DNA from: Mytilus trossulus
Lineage: Eukaryota
Reading direction: 5' to 3'
NCBI RefSeq assembly: GCF_036588685.1
Contig: NC_086377.1
Span: forward strand, 25,482,001 to 25,546,000
DNA: 64,000 nt
The notes beneath the pieces were generated by a model. The model was not told the origin of the DNA. It worked only from the letters and a program-made list of their open reading frames with translations, and did no database searches. A program made the position numbers and the translations under genes. This document shows positions 28,801 to 40,204 of this stretch, one piece after another. Position 1 is the stretch's first letter; each line of letters opens with the position of its first letter.

Positions 28801-29733
28801 AATATAGCAGTTTGACAAACACTAATTTTGATCATTGAGAAGCTTAGTATTCTGTTAACACCACAACGTAATTAAAACGTTTAACCGATTTTACAGAGTT
28901 ATCTCCCTGTAGTGTTAGGTATCGCCTTAAGTATCCGTGTGTGTAGATATTTCCAAATATGCGTGTGCATAATTGCAAGGCTATGGATATTTGGCATTAC
29001 TGTCAATGAGACGATCGATCGATTGATTGACTCTAATTTTATTACGTTTAGCAATAATCTTTCTTGTTCAGGACCAGCAAAAACTGAAAATGGAGGTCAT
29101 GCAATTACAGGTCGACCTGGATGAAGTCTGATAAACGAAACCTGTAGTACAGTGGTTTTCGTTGGTTTGTGTCTGCTTTATTTGTTTATCGTAACATAAC
29201 TGTTATACATCATACAGATAATGTATAAGGCCATTACGTTTCTTGTTTGGACTTTCTTTATTTTTTATGTTTGGGCCCGTATTGGGTGGCTTTACGTTAT
29301 GTGGTTGACATTATTGAAGGCAGTACAGTTACCTTTGACTGGTGACATCAACTTCATTTGAATTAGGATGTAGAGTTCCTCATTTGTAGTCATACCACAT
29401 TGAAGTCAACGTACGTTCCATTCTGATCGCACGTGGCCGCGAATATTTACATACAGCAAAATTGAACGGACGTCGAACTTTATTTTTTTAAGGGTTTCAA
29501 AGTACAAATGTTGTTTTTTAAGTACATGGTCAATGTTTTAGCCAGTTACTATAATACATGTAAAAGGTAGTTTTGCAATTGATGCAATAAAATCGAGCTC
29601 CTGACAAATTTGGATATATACATTTACCATATATTTTTTTTATTCCACAGGTACAATGGCAGCAGTCGGTGTAGTCATGCCAATTGTTGGTGGAGTTCTA
29701 GGGGGACTGTTCTCATATTTCTTCTTTAAATGA
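10893..29733 (+). CDS. Membrane-anchored glycoprotein with two tandem ependymin/LolA-like modules (625 aa, 14 coding exons)
   Basis: Exons 10893-11007, 11998-12207, 15500-15739, 16322-16479, 17519-17641, 19085-19196, 20332-20489, 21309-21407, 22211-22285, 24674-24797, 25866-25975, 26802-26978, 28230-28323, 29651-29733. All are GT-AG with matching phases, 1878 nt in total, no internal stop. Signal peptide MWYCLLLALLGTTFA. Internal repeat: EYYD/EFYD, RGIMVDTW/RNIDCDSW, WYFS/WYFA, PTVFETPAGVQC. C-terminus GTMAAVGVVMPIVGGVLGGLFSYFFFK*. The family assignment rests on motif resemblance only. Confidence 0.9.
12495..15110. mobile_element. Non-autonomous element inserted in a (TA)n microsatellite
   Basis: Flanked by (AT)n runs at 12472-12494 and 15111-15123. 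Carries many dispersed TTTCGTAGTGGACA motifs in both orientations and contains a nested Helentron-type element. Confidence 0.6.
13435..15065 (+). mobile_element. Helentron-associated non-autonomous element (HINE/DINE-1-like) with internal tandem repeats
   Basis: T-run, then subTIR AGCTCACCTG, a (GTC/GTCC)n microsatellite, about three copies of a ~500-bp internal unit, 3' subTIR AGGTGAGCG, hairpin AGGCTC-ttta-GAGCCT and a T-run. Confidence 0.8.
16460..16635 (+). repeat. Three tandem copies of the exon-4 donor junction (~71-bp unit)
   Basis: cgatcctacagtcttcgag|gtaacttagac is repeated near 16532 and 16603. Confidence 0.8.
18370..18838. repeat. Minisatellite, 67-bp unit x7, near-identical copies
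   Basis: Unit tagatacacagttgtgtagttacactcgttgattgatatagaatacaccatgtcaaacacgtttttg starts at 18370, 18437, 18504, 18571, 18638, 18705 and 18772. Confidence 0.95.
19410..19704 (+). repeat. Interspersed repeat (…cccttccggagcacctgagatcaccc…ttcgtccctc)
   Basis: Its 3' half is duplicated at 17660-17803. It accounts for the hydrophobic spurious ORFs 17224-17829 (tail) and 19488-19769. Confidence 0.75.
20841..21277. mobile_element. TTAA-targeting MITE (Kolobok-like)
   Basis: Perfect 18-bp TIR GGTGGCACGGTAGTATTT/AAATACTACCGTGCCACC with a TTAA TSD. Ends 31 bp upstream of exon 8. Confidence 0.85.
22770..23557 (-). pseudogene. Degenerate Tc1-family (Tc1/mariner) transposase in intron 9
   Basis: Fragments in the expected order: MPRL..RDRAIWMLTAGMTQ..FNVS, FTEESRF, FGCGRIMVLGAI, FQQDNASCH, P*PAMSPNLS, LIDSMNRKC, GHTRY. 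Interrupted by stops, frameshifts and deletions. Confidence 0.85.
25925..26690 (+). repeat. Degenerate tandem array (~12 copies, ~55-80 bp) derived from the 3' end of exon 11 and its donor site
   Basis: ctgacacagcagttacaaatatcatctttacgagttgcaaacttaaag|gt is repeated with divergence through most of intron 11. Confidence 0.85.
27716..28005 (+). mobile_element. Short Helentron/HINE-type element, second family
   Basis: ttttttatgcccc..gggcat, a (cgtt/cgtc)n microsatellite, and 3' ggggcatccgtgt..acacatttt. Related copies at 48625-48920 (-) and 24430-24580 (partial). Confidence 0.7.
28653..28926. mobile_element. TTAA-targeting MITE (Kolobok-like)
   Basis: ttaa|GGTGGTACCCAACAC...GTGTTAGGTATCGCC|ttaa. 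Confidence 0.75.
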
Positions 29734-30608
29734 ACACAATCTCATAATTGAATACATGTAATACTCTTTGATGAACTTATTTTACTGAACAATATAAACA
29801 TTATCATATCGTTACAAACATCAATTTATTAGGCAATATCATGGTCAGACGTTAGTTCCTGTAATGATTTTTTTTTTAAATTAGTGTGTATGTTTAATAA
29901 AAAAACAAAAAGTAAATTTAAAGAGCTACTTTAATGAAGATTTATTATATAACAACAAACACACACTAGCGTGCTGTGTAATACATAATGAAATAAACCC
30001 TTAAAGACTGTTAAATCACATTTTGTGAAGATAATCGGTTAGATTAAATTGATCAGTACGTTTTGAAAAGTCCTAAATGGGCTTCCATACATATTCGATA
30101 TTTAAATTTACATACATGAAATAGAATAAATGTATAAAAGTTGAATTACAATTATGTTATGTTTACTTAGTGGGTACAGTTTCTATGATTTATTGTTTAC
30201 GTTATGATTTGTTGCTGTCCTAGCACCCCATAAAAAATCTACCTAGTTAACTAATATGATCATACGTCATCTTCCGATAAAGAAAACCTGTTAATAAAAT
30301 GTGTCATTTTAAAAGCATTTTTAAAATGTTCACATAGCGCCATCCAAATAATCTTCCATGATAAACAGTCAACGTTTTTGAGCTATGAGTCTATTTCAAT
30401 ACAGTCTGTAGATTCCACTTTTTAAATGATTGAATGAAGACATTATACGGTAAACATAAAAATGAACAAAAAAAGCCCCAAAATTCTTGTAAAGGTATAT
30501 AAATGACAGTACACATACTAAAGCGTCTACTAGATAATTGTGTACAAACACATTTTAATATAAAAAAATAAAATATTGTCACTGTGTTCGTGGTATTAAA
30601 TGTTACGT

Positions 30609-33000
30609 CTAATACAAGGATTCATTCGGAATTATTTGCTGTGAATATATTTGGCTGGGTCCTGTTTTTGGGGGATACATATATCTTGTTCCTGTGTTTG
30701 GGGGATACATATATCTTGTTCCTGTGTTTGTTTGCTGGTAATTATATTGTTCTTGACTTTGGTAATTGCCGTGACCAGCTGTGGATGTATACTGTGACGG
30801 TGGTGGTATCAACCTCCCTTGTTCACTCAACCCTCCTAAAATAAATTTGATACACTTTAAAAATAGATTTTAGAAGATGTGGTATGAGTGCCAATGAGAC
30901 AACTCTTCATCCACAATACAATGTAATGATTTTACAGCAGGAGATACGAAGTACAACAACATAAACAACTTTGTATTGTCAGTGAAAAAACCCAAATTAA
31001 GACCTATGAAAATGTGCAAGAATTGCTTGAAATAATATTAAAAGGATTATTATATGTTCAATTTATGTTTAAATATAGTTTATCATTTAATATTCAAAGA
31101 TACTAAATAAATCTACGACTTTTTCATTTTGTTTTAAGGAACAAGTAAAGGCTATCCGTTTGACAATATTTGTATTACCTCCTAATTAAACACTGTTTCA
31201 GAGTTCAACATGATTTCCTTTCTGCATTTGAATGTGACATTACAAGATGAGACTTATTTTGTACTTAGATAAGCTACACAACAATGGCCTTCCTTAACAC
31301 CTAAGACCCCCACCCGTTTTAAGTAGGGTACGTGTTCGGTTTTGTTATGTTGTGTTGCGTATACTGTTGATTGTCTTTTCGTTATTTTGTGTATGTTACC
31401 ACGGGTTTTTATTGTTTGTTTTTTAACGTTTGTGTTTTAATGTCACTGATGAGTATTATGTAGACCAAACGCGCGACTTGAGTATCAAATTATAAGCCTA
31501 GGACCTTGATAACTATTTATTTGTATAGTTTGCTCCTCAATATCTTAAATTACTATAATCGAACATTCAAATCCCAAGTAGACACACTTCCCATTTCAAT
31601 TCTCTATGTTTTTCCTTATTTGAGCTTTATAAGGGCCAGCTGTGGATGAATACTGTGTATGTAAATCATGGCCAAATCAAATGACAAAACACATAAAAAA
31701 CAAATGGACAACAACTGTCATATTCCTGACTTGGTACAGGTATTTTCAAATGTAGAAAATGGTGGATTAAACCTGGTTTATAAAGCTAAACCTCCCACTT
31801 TCTAATGATATCAATCTGCTTCTTTCACTCAACCTTTCTATAAAATCGTTTTTGATTTTGTTTTTTCTGTTATCACTTTGTTACACATTTAAAACCATTA
31901 CTGAAATTATTTACTACACCAGATATGCATCACGACAATCTATATTTCGGCATTGAATTTCGAATATAAAATGTTTGAAAATTTAAAACCTAATACAAAT
32001 GATTGATTGATACTCCACATCAGTACAGAAAAGTCACTATAACAGCAAGAGTTTGTTTTAAAATTGATTTTAGAATTAAATCACTTTCGCAACGGATTGA
32101 AATATGTAAGGGGTGTCAGTTGCAGTATTAGGCGCTGGTATATTTCTCTTTGATAAACGATTGTAGATAACAGAGTATATTAGAATTTGAACAAACAACT
32201 GATCAATTTTGGAGTGAAAATTTCAACTTCAAAAAGTGTTAAATTACCATTTATGCGAAAATCCTGCCGACCTCCTCGTCTATATAGTGCACATGCTGCT
32301 GCAATCAATACACAGAAGATCACCATGCAAACACAAATCCCTACAAAAACTCCTATTTCGTCGCAGCACTGTTTCATATCACCTATTGTAGTTGAACCGC
32401 AACACCCATTCAGACAGAACTCATAGACCGTAAAGTCGTCTGGATGGTAGTTCGGAAAAACTGGATCGTACATAATCTTTTTATAGTAACATGATCCTGT
32501 ATCAACTCCAGCTACAATAAAACAACGTTATTAATTGAAAATCATTGTTAAATACATATAAATGCATCTAAGAATAATATAAACATATGTATTTGTCTCT
32601 TGCAAAGCTTCCTTCTTGATCTTGGTGGATGAGAAAAGGAGGTGCACTTACTATTGTAATAAGCCACTGGGATGTGCAACTATGTTGACTTTAATGATAT
32701 ATAAGAAGGTCGTAAAATTAAGACGAAACATACAACAGATTTGCTGACTAAATCATTTCTCACTACTCAGATGCTGATCTTTTTACACAGGTGAAATAAA
32801 GAACTTGTCGTAAAAGATAAATGAAATTGTCTAAGCTGTGTATCTGTTATTGAAATTGCGAAATAAATAATAATTGCTCCAGATACATTTTGTTGTCAAA
32901 AATACGTGATATTGTATGTTTATGAAGTATTTACAAATTTGAAACCGGTTATCTACCAAATGTCAAACCTACCAAAAATGACATATAATATCAACCTCAT
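30609..33000 (-). CDS. Six-cysteine single-pass membrane protein, paralogue A (Shisa/WBP1-VOPP1/CYYR1-like; 172 aa, long tail)
   Basis: Exons 33000-32973 (MRLILYVIF), 32511-32248 (AGVDTGSCYYK..YEFCLNGCCGSTTIGDMKQCC-TM-RRGGR) and 30835-30609 (GLSEQGRLIPPPSQY..YMYPP..ESLY*). All introns are phase 1, GT-AG. Confidence 0.85.
31633..31845 (-). pseudogene. Decayed duplicate of the 5' part of paralogue A exon 3, split by a repeat insertion
   Basis: ccagctgtggatgaatactgtg and gatatcaatctgcttctttcactcaacctttctataaaat match 30775-30845 and are separated by about 145 bp of a common interspersed repeat. Confidence 0.65.
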
Positions 33001-33054
33001 CTGTACTGAGAATAATACTTTTGTTTACAACAAACATGCACGATGATTATACAC

Positions 33055-33402
33055 AATAAATAATAAAATTGAGAATGGAAATGGGGAATGTGTCAAAGAG
33101 ACAACAACCCGACCAAATAAAAAAAACAACAGCAGAAGGTCACCAACAGGTCTTCAATGTAGCGAGACATTCCCGGAGGCGTCCTTCAGCTGACCCCTAA
33201 ACAAATATATACTAGTTCAGTAATAATGAACGCCATACTAATTTCCAAATTGTAAACAAGAAACTAAGATTTCAATAATACAAGTCTAACAAAGGCCAGA
33301 GGCTCCTGACCTGGGACATGCGCAAAAATGCAGCGGGATTAAACATGTTTATGAGATCTCAACCCTCCCCCTATACCTCTAGCCAATGTAGAAAAGTAAA
33401 CG
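33055..33402. repeat. Interspersed repeat immediately upstream of paralogue A
   Basis: aataaaattgagaatggaaatgggg..gaggctcctgac..accctccccctatacctct. A partial homologue lies at 59480-59590. Confidence 0.65.
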
Positions 33403-35421
33403 ATGACTATACATAATAACTAAACATGCAAGACAACAATCTTTGATGTTTCATTCGATGTCTCTATCTTCGTGTTTTATCAAAGTACGTGCTATCGAAC
33501 AAAAACATTTCGGTCTTACACAACACATAGAGCGGCGGATAATTGGTGTAAAGATTAACGATACACAAAACTTTTAAATCACATGTGTTTACCTCTAGTA
33601 ATATTTTAAGCAGGTATGAATTAACATGATTTTTTTTTTATAAAGGCAGATCAGGACATTAGAGACATAGTACATGTTTCAAAAATATTTTTACATGTAT
33701 AATATAGTTTGTTTTAATTAACACATCTATGATAGAATCGGTAAATGTATAGCCTGAAATTAAACCAATCAAAGACAAGAGTACAATTTTCTCCATATTT
33801 GTGTTGATTATACGGCCCAGGTACATGAAGTGTAATAAAAAGTGTTGTTCCTTGTTATATTAAACACGGAAGAGAAATTTTATCACATCCTTATGACAGT
33901 AATGATAACGAGTGTTTATGCATGGCGACATGTATGCATAAAAAAATATATATAAAAATAAATAGATGTGGTATGATTTCATATGATACAACTCTCCACA
34001 AGAGACCAAACGAAACGAAAATTTTAAATAACTATATGTACGAACAATGGGTTATAGAAGTTATTTGTATACTATTTTATGTACCATATGAACTTTTCCA
34101 ATTTCAAGTAATCTTCATCTGTCGTAGAAACCCCATTATCCCAAATTACGCATCTAGTGATAACACATTGGTACCGTAAATGCCATTGCATAAACATTAC
34201 AACTAATGCACATGCGTCGGTTAAAAAAGGCAAATAATTTTAGTCCGAACCACGATTTGATGCTTTCCACAATTTTACCGATACCTTACTAATTATTATA
34301 TTTGTTCAAAATGTTAAAAACCATTATTAGAAGAGTATCTGTAAAAGAACTGTTATATACAGCAAACACTGACCAACATTAAATGAAAATCAAGATTTGA
34401 TAAACACATTGTCTTATATCGCTCACTAAACATTGAAACCGGACAAAAATCAGCTAAACGCAACATTACTGTGACAACAACCCCAAAACAAGTTGTTTTT
34501 CTTATCTAAATAGTTTATCGTATGTCTTTTGATGTAAAAATAAGAAAACATTTATTCAGATTTCAAAAAAAAGTTCCAAAAAGGTTTATCAGTTATAAGA
34601 CGTTATCTTGTTGTTTTTTGTGTTTTACAATTTTCAGAATAGATTGTCTCTACAGTGTTATATATATATATATAAGTTTAAGGTTTGCTCGATATGTTTG
34701 CATCATTCGTTTATATTGATATCAATATAAATAAGAAGATGTGGTATGGGAATTAATGAAACATTCTGCTTCAAAATCACAATGTTAAATAAGTAAACAA
34801 TTGTATGCCGAAGTACGGCCTTAAACTTGGAGCCTTGACTCACACAGAACAGCAAGTGAGAAAGGGCTACAAAATTACTAATGGAAAACAATTCAGTTGT
34901 TGTCCATTTGTTTGATGTGTTTTATCGTTTGATTTTGCTAATTGATTAGGGAATTTCCGTTTTGAATTTTCTTTGGAGTTTAGTATTTCTGTTATTTTAT
35001 TTTTTTCAAACAGGACAACCAATTGTTTAATATATATGAAAATTGAGAAACGAGAAACACATATGAACCACATCAATAAACAACAATCATTATACAACAG
35101 GGTCTCTAAATTGTCCAAATATAAAAGAGAAGATGTGGTATGATTGCCAATGAGACAACTATCCACAAAAGACCAAAATGACACAAACATTAACAATTAT
35201 AGGTCACCGTACGGCCTTCCGTAATTAGCAAAGCAGCAAAGACTGCTTGAAATTTGATGGATATACATAAGTTTTTATTGATTATTACCATTAACAAGAC
35301 ATGTTATCGTAGATTTTTAATCGTTACGAATATTACAGAGCTAAACAGTGGAAAAAAGCATCAAAGAAAAATATAAAGTTGTGAAAACATTAATTTAATC
35401 TTTAAATATAAAATCATACTA

Positions 35422-35630
35422 CTGTGGATTCATTATTATTCGTTGGATACCAATTTTCGTTGGTTTCGTGGATACAGGTAAACCACGAATTCAAATGTTC
35501 AACGAATATCATGTTTCCATCAGGCTTTGTATACAGAGATTGGCAAAACCACGAAATCAAATATCCACGAATATACAAATTTTCAGCAATCCATGAAAAT
35601 TGATTCCCACGAAAATAAATGAATCCACAG
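35422..35630. mobile_element. TA-targeting MITE (Tc1/mariner-type)
   Basis: ta|CTGTGGATTCATT...AATGAATCCACAG|ta. A degenerate relative lies at about 16788-16995 and a longer relative at 57611-58376. Confidence 0.8.
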
Positions 35631-35826
35631 TATTGCATCTTCATTCTTTTTTCTTTTTATTTGATCGTCACTGATGAGTATGATAGACGAGACATGCGTA
35701 TGACGTACAATATTCAAAACTTGGTATCGAAGATGATTTTATTGTTAACAAAGTAGTATTATGTCTGCTGTACGGACTTTATATAGTACTCTTTGGTGAA
35801 CACACAATTCCTTGATCTGTTTCTGT

Positions 35827-38800
35827 TTACTGGTAAATATTCTTTGCTTGTCTCTGAAAGTTTGTATGACTTTCTGTTGACTGATAACCTGGTATCACCA
35901 ATCTGTCTTGTTCAGTCGATCCACCTACAAAACGAAAATGGATAAATATGATATTTTGACGTCAATATACAGGAGAAGACCAACAAAAACAGATACAGCT
36001 AAAATTATTGGACTTACGACCCATGAAAAATAATAACTAAGTTAATGTATCTCAATTCAGAGAGACATCCTGTCATAATTATAGAAGGGAAACAGCTGTA
36101 AATCATTTAACTATCTAGGCAGTTGTATAACATTAGAAGGAGGTGATGAAAGAGATTTCAAGATCAGAATAGGAAAAGCTAAATCCGCATTCATTAGATT
36201 ATGCAACATCTGGACCACAACAGCCTTTTCAAAGAAGCCAAGCTCAGACTCTATATCAGCTGTGTACTTTCCTTACTCCGATATGTCTCAGATTGCTGGA
36301 GAATGACTGCAGCTTCCATAACACATGTCTGGGGAAGATAATGAAAATATTCTCTCTATATATATAACAAAGACCTACATGAGATGACCAAGGACATGGA
36401 GACTTTACTTATACAAAAAAGATTGAGGTGGCTTGGTCATGTTATACGCAAACCATCTGATGACTTGAACAAGGTAGCCCTTAGATGGACATCAGAGGAA
36501 AAAAGAAAAAGAGGCCGACCTAAAACAACATGGAGACGCACCATAGAAAATGAGCTAAAGGAAAGAGGATATGCCTGGGTCACAGTGGAAAGAAAAGCAA
36601 ACAACCGAGAAGAATGGAGGAAACTTGTCAATGCATTTTATGTCATAAGGCATATTAAGGACTAAATAAGTAAGTAAGTATTCTGATGTCAAACACGCGA
36701 GGCAATGAATGTGGTTTTAAAATTTGATAGATGCTTTTGTGCTTTTTTTCAAAATATTTTTTTGTTTTGAGATTGAGACACAGTGATGACTGCTGTACCA
36801 ATGTTTTGAATATTTTACCTATTATTTATGTTTTGTACACGCATCGTTGTAAATTTTATGGATTTTTATGTGACTGTCATACAAGTGACAGGTTAAGCGC
36901 CATAAAACCACGCTCAATCCACCATTTTCTACATTACCTGTACCAAGTCAGTTGTTGTCCATTCGTTCGATGTTTTTTATAATTTGATTTTGCCATTTGA
37001 TTGAGGACTTTCCGTTTCCATTTCTTCCTCGGAGTAGATTATTTTTGTTCCATTAATTTAAAGTTTTTCAGAGTGATTTTATGTGTAGTTTTGTTCTTGT
37101 GGTGTGTAGTAAGTTTGAGAAAACTATATTATTAGTTAGAAAATGATATAGATCAACTTACGAACAAAACAAATCCTTTAAAACAATCAGGTGTATTTAT
37201 TGACAGTTTTGTATTACACATTCTCCCATTATCATTTAAAAAATTAAATATTAAACAACTTATAGTCCCTGGTTATATAAGAGCGAAAACAATGAAGTCA
37301 GACTGACATAATGCATGATTATGACGTGCGTCAAGTTATAACATACTAAAAATCCGATAATCTTCATAGAAATTGTCAAATCAAATTGCGGTCATTAGAC
37401 TGGACAAAGGCCTCTTTTTACAACTTCGAAAACTTGTATACAACGTATTCGTTGAATAAGTTCTGAGTGTTTACAAATGTGTTAGACGGACGGAAAACAC
37501 TTTAAATATGTTCCTCCAACAAAGTGCGCAAACTGACAATTTTTGATTACATACAGTTCCTGTCTCCAAGTTTTGCATACAAGGAAAATGAAATCCCCCC
37601 GTTCTACTCTCTATTTTAAAAAAAAAATATTTGAGATCCTCCAGTGTTTTTGGATTGATACATGCTTTTCAAAATTTTGAAGGGGTAACTTCATCGGGTG
37701 ATGAAAAAGTAACAAGAACAAAATAAAAAGAAGGAACGTTATGTTATTGTATGAAAAGGCCCAGGATCTGCAGATCTGCATTTTAATGAGGTTGTGAAAA
37801 GGACAGTAACACAGTCAAACGAATACCATTACTTATACCGTGTAAAACTCTACGTCTTCGTCGTCTATACATGTATACAGCTGTGATCACCAACGCCACG
37901 AAGACCACTACAGCAATCAGAATCCCAATAGTAGCCCCTGTCGAGTTACAGCAATGTTTTAATCCACCTTGTTTATCGGCCCCACAGCAGCCAGCAAGGC
38001 AGTACTCATAGGTAGAGGTATAGTAAGTTGGATCCGTATGTTTGTAGTAGCAAGATCCTGCATACACGTTAGCTTCAGAGGAAGAAAATAGATAACTACG
38101 TTAAATTTGCGAAAATAATCAAAATGCATTTCCTGGCAGTAATCTAATAATTCTGTCTGTGAAATTGAATTTCATAATTCATGTTATTGTATTAGACAAG
38201 GGTTTAGGACCCCTTGGTATAGCATATTTTGAATACTAGTATGACATGTATGATGTGGCTAATCTGTTTATATATAAATAAGAAAATGTGGTCGGATTAC
38301 AATTAAAAGCAGTACATGACGATACATTTGTAATTCCTGTAATTAGTTAATACTTCAGTTTTATCATGTACATCTTTTGTATAGTCATTTTATAAAATTT
38401 ACTGTTTGCAAAAGTATAAATTATTCTAAATAATAGGGATATTCTGGTAACTAACAAAAAACTCTTGCCGTTTTTGGCACAACTTTTTTTATCTTTTGGT
38501 CCTCGATGCTGTTCAACTTTGTACTTGTTTCGGCTTTCAAACTTTTCTATCTGGGCGTCACTAGTAGGTCTTGTGTGGACAAAATGCACTTCTGGCGTAT
38601 TAAAATTTTGAACTTGTTGCCTTTTGTTGGCTGTTGCTCATGTGATTCTTTGTCAATTGTGTTCTCCAATTTATTTATATTGGTGTCCTGTGGTGTTGTG
38701 TTGTCATTTTGATGTTTTATTTCACATGGCCATAAAAATGCGAGTTTTGGCATGCCACAAAACCAGGTTCAACCCACCATTTTGTCCTTAAAAAATGCCC

Positions 38801-39273
38801 TGTAACAAGTCAGAAATATGGCCATTGTTATATTATAGTTCGTTTCTGTGTGTATTACAATTTAACGTTGTGTCGTTTGTTTTCTCTTATTTTTTAGTGT
38901 ACATTCACATTGCGATAAGACGTGTCACGGTACTTGTCTATCCCAAATTCATGTATTTGGTTTTGATGTTATATTTGATATTCTCGTGGGATTTTGTCTG
39001 ATGCTCGGTCCGTTTCTGTGTGTGTTACATTTTAGTGTTATGTCGTTCTCTTATATTTAATGCGTTTCCCTCGGTTTTAGTTTGTTACCCTGTTTTTGTT
39101 TTTTGTCCATGGATTTATGAGTTTTGAACAGCGGTATGCTACTGTTGCCTTTATTTGTATAAGTACTTATAAGAATGTCTGAATTGATGTGTGAAAGTTA
39201 TATTAAATGAATACAATGTATATTAATTAATGAACGTACCAAATAATGACGATAACAGCACAATATTTTCCAT
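35827..39273 (-). CDS. Six-cysteine single-pass membrane protein, paralogue B (~121-125 aa, short tail)
   Basis: Exons 39273-39240 (MENIVLLSSLF), 38072-37839 (ANVYAGSCYYK..YEYCLAGCCGADKQGGLKHCC-TM-RRRRRR; alternative phase-1 donors 6 and 12 nt further on) and 35924-35827 (GSTEQDRLVIPGY..NIYQ*). Confidence 0.85.
35965..36680 (+). mobile_element. 5'-truncated RTE-clade LINE fragment in intron 2 of paralogue B
   Basis: RT C-terminal motifs FNYLGS, RIGKAKSAF..L..IW, RLRWLGHVIR and KRKRGRPKTTW, with frameshifts and a (TAAG)n tail at 36665-36680. Confidence 0.9.
38340..38615 (+). mobile_element. Old copy of the hammerhead-bearing repeat with a degenerate core
   Basis: Reverse-complement homologue of 51203-51470. 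The core reads CTAGTAG..CAAAA instead of CTGATGA..GAAA. Confidence 0.7.
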
Positions 39274-39689
39274 GTTTCAATTAACACCTTTAGCTAATCT
39301 ATCAATTTAATATAAATGAATATACAATGAAGAAGGAAGTTTAACTGGATTACTTCCTAATAGGACACTTGAATGGTTATACAAAATTAGCTGTTATCAT
39401 AGGGTGAATTTAGAATAATTAAAATTCAAACGTATTTGACGTTTTATTTAATTCACGTACTACTTTCAACCTTTTTGAAAATCCTATTGACAATAAAATG
39501 TTTGGCTTATCCTTTTCTTACTTTATATTTACAGCTAAAATTGAATGCATTATATTCAAAATTAGTCAAGCGTATAATGTATAAAACGAGAACACTAAGT
39601 AACATCTTCTTGCTATAGTTTCTTTAAATAACCCTGTATAAACACGATAACAATAAAGCCGGAAGTAGTGGCTGCTAAGCCATTATTCA

Positions 39690-40100
39690 GAATGTATTTA
39701 ATCTAGAAATCTTCAAATACCAAATCCAAAGTCTGAATTCTTTAAAAATACTTTTCAATATTCTGGTCTAATCATTTGGAATAGTTTGCCAAATAATATA
39801 AAGGATTTCAGACATTTAGAAAGCTTTATGCAGAAATTTGCTATTCTCTGTATCACAAAACAAAAGGAGTAGACAAACTATGTTTAGCACATTCTTGTCA
39901 TGCTAGTTTAACAGTCTGTTTTCATGCTTGTGTATACATTATGTATTTGTAATTGTGTACATCTCTATTGATTATTGTGCTATATGCATTGATAGTTATA
40001 TGAATTGTTCATTTAAATGAGTGAAGGTCTTGTGTGAGATTAACAAATGTAATGTTAAATGAGTTTCTTTCGTTAAAAAGAATTTATTATTATTATTATA
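39690..40100 (+). mobile_element. 3' fragment of a CR1/L2-like LINE
   Basis: NLQIPNPKSEFFKNTFQYSGLIIWNSLPNNIK (the WNxLP motif typical of the ORF2 end), followed by a 3' UTR and a (TTA)n tail at about 40084-40099. Confidence 0.7.
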
Positions 40101-40204
40101 AGCGAGCATATTAAGTTCGGTGCTTTTCTAAAGGTAAAGTGTAAGCGTAAACGGTAGATTATTAAATCATTCATACAAGTAGTGCACATTCATATTTCTT
40201 TATA

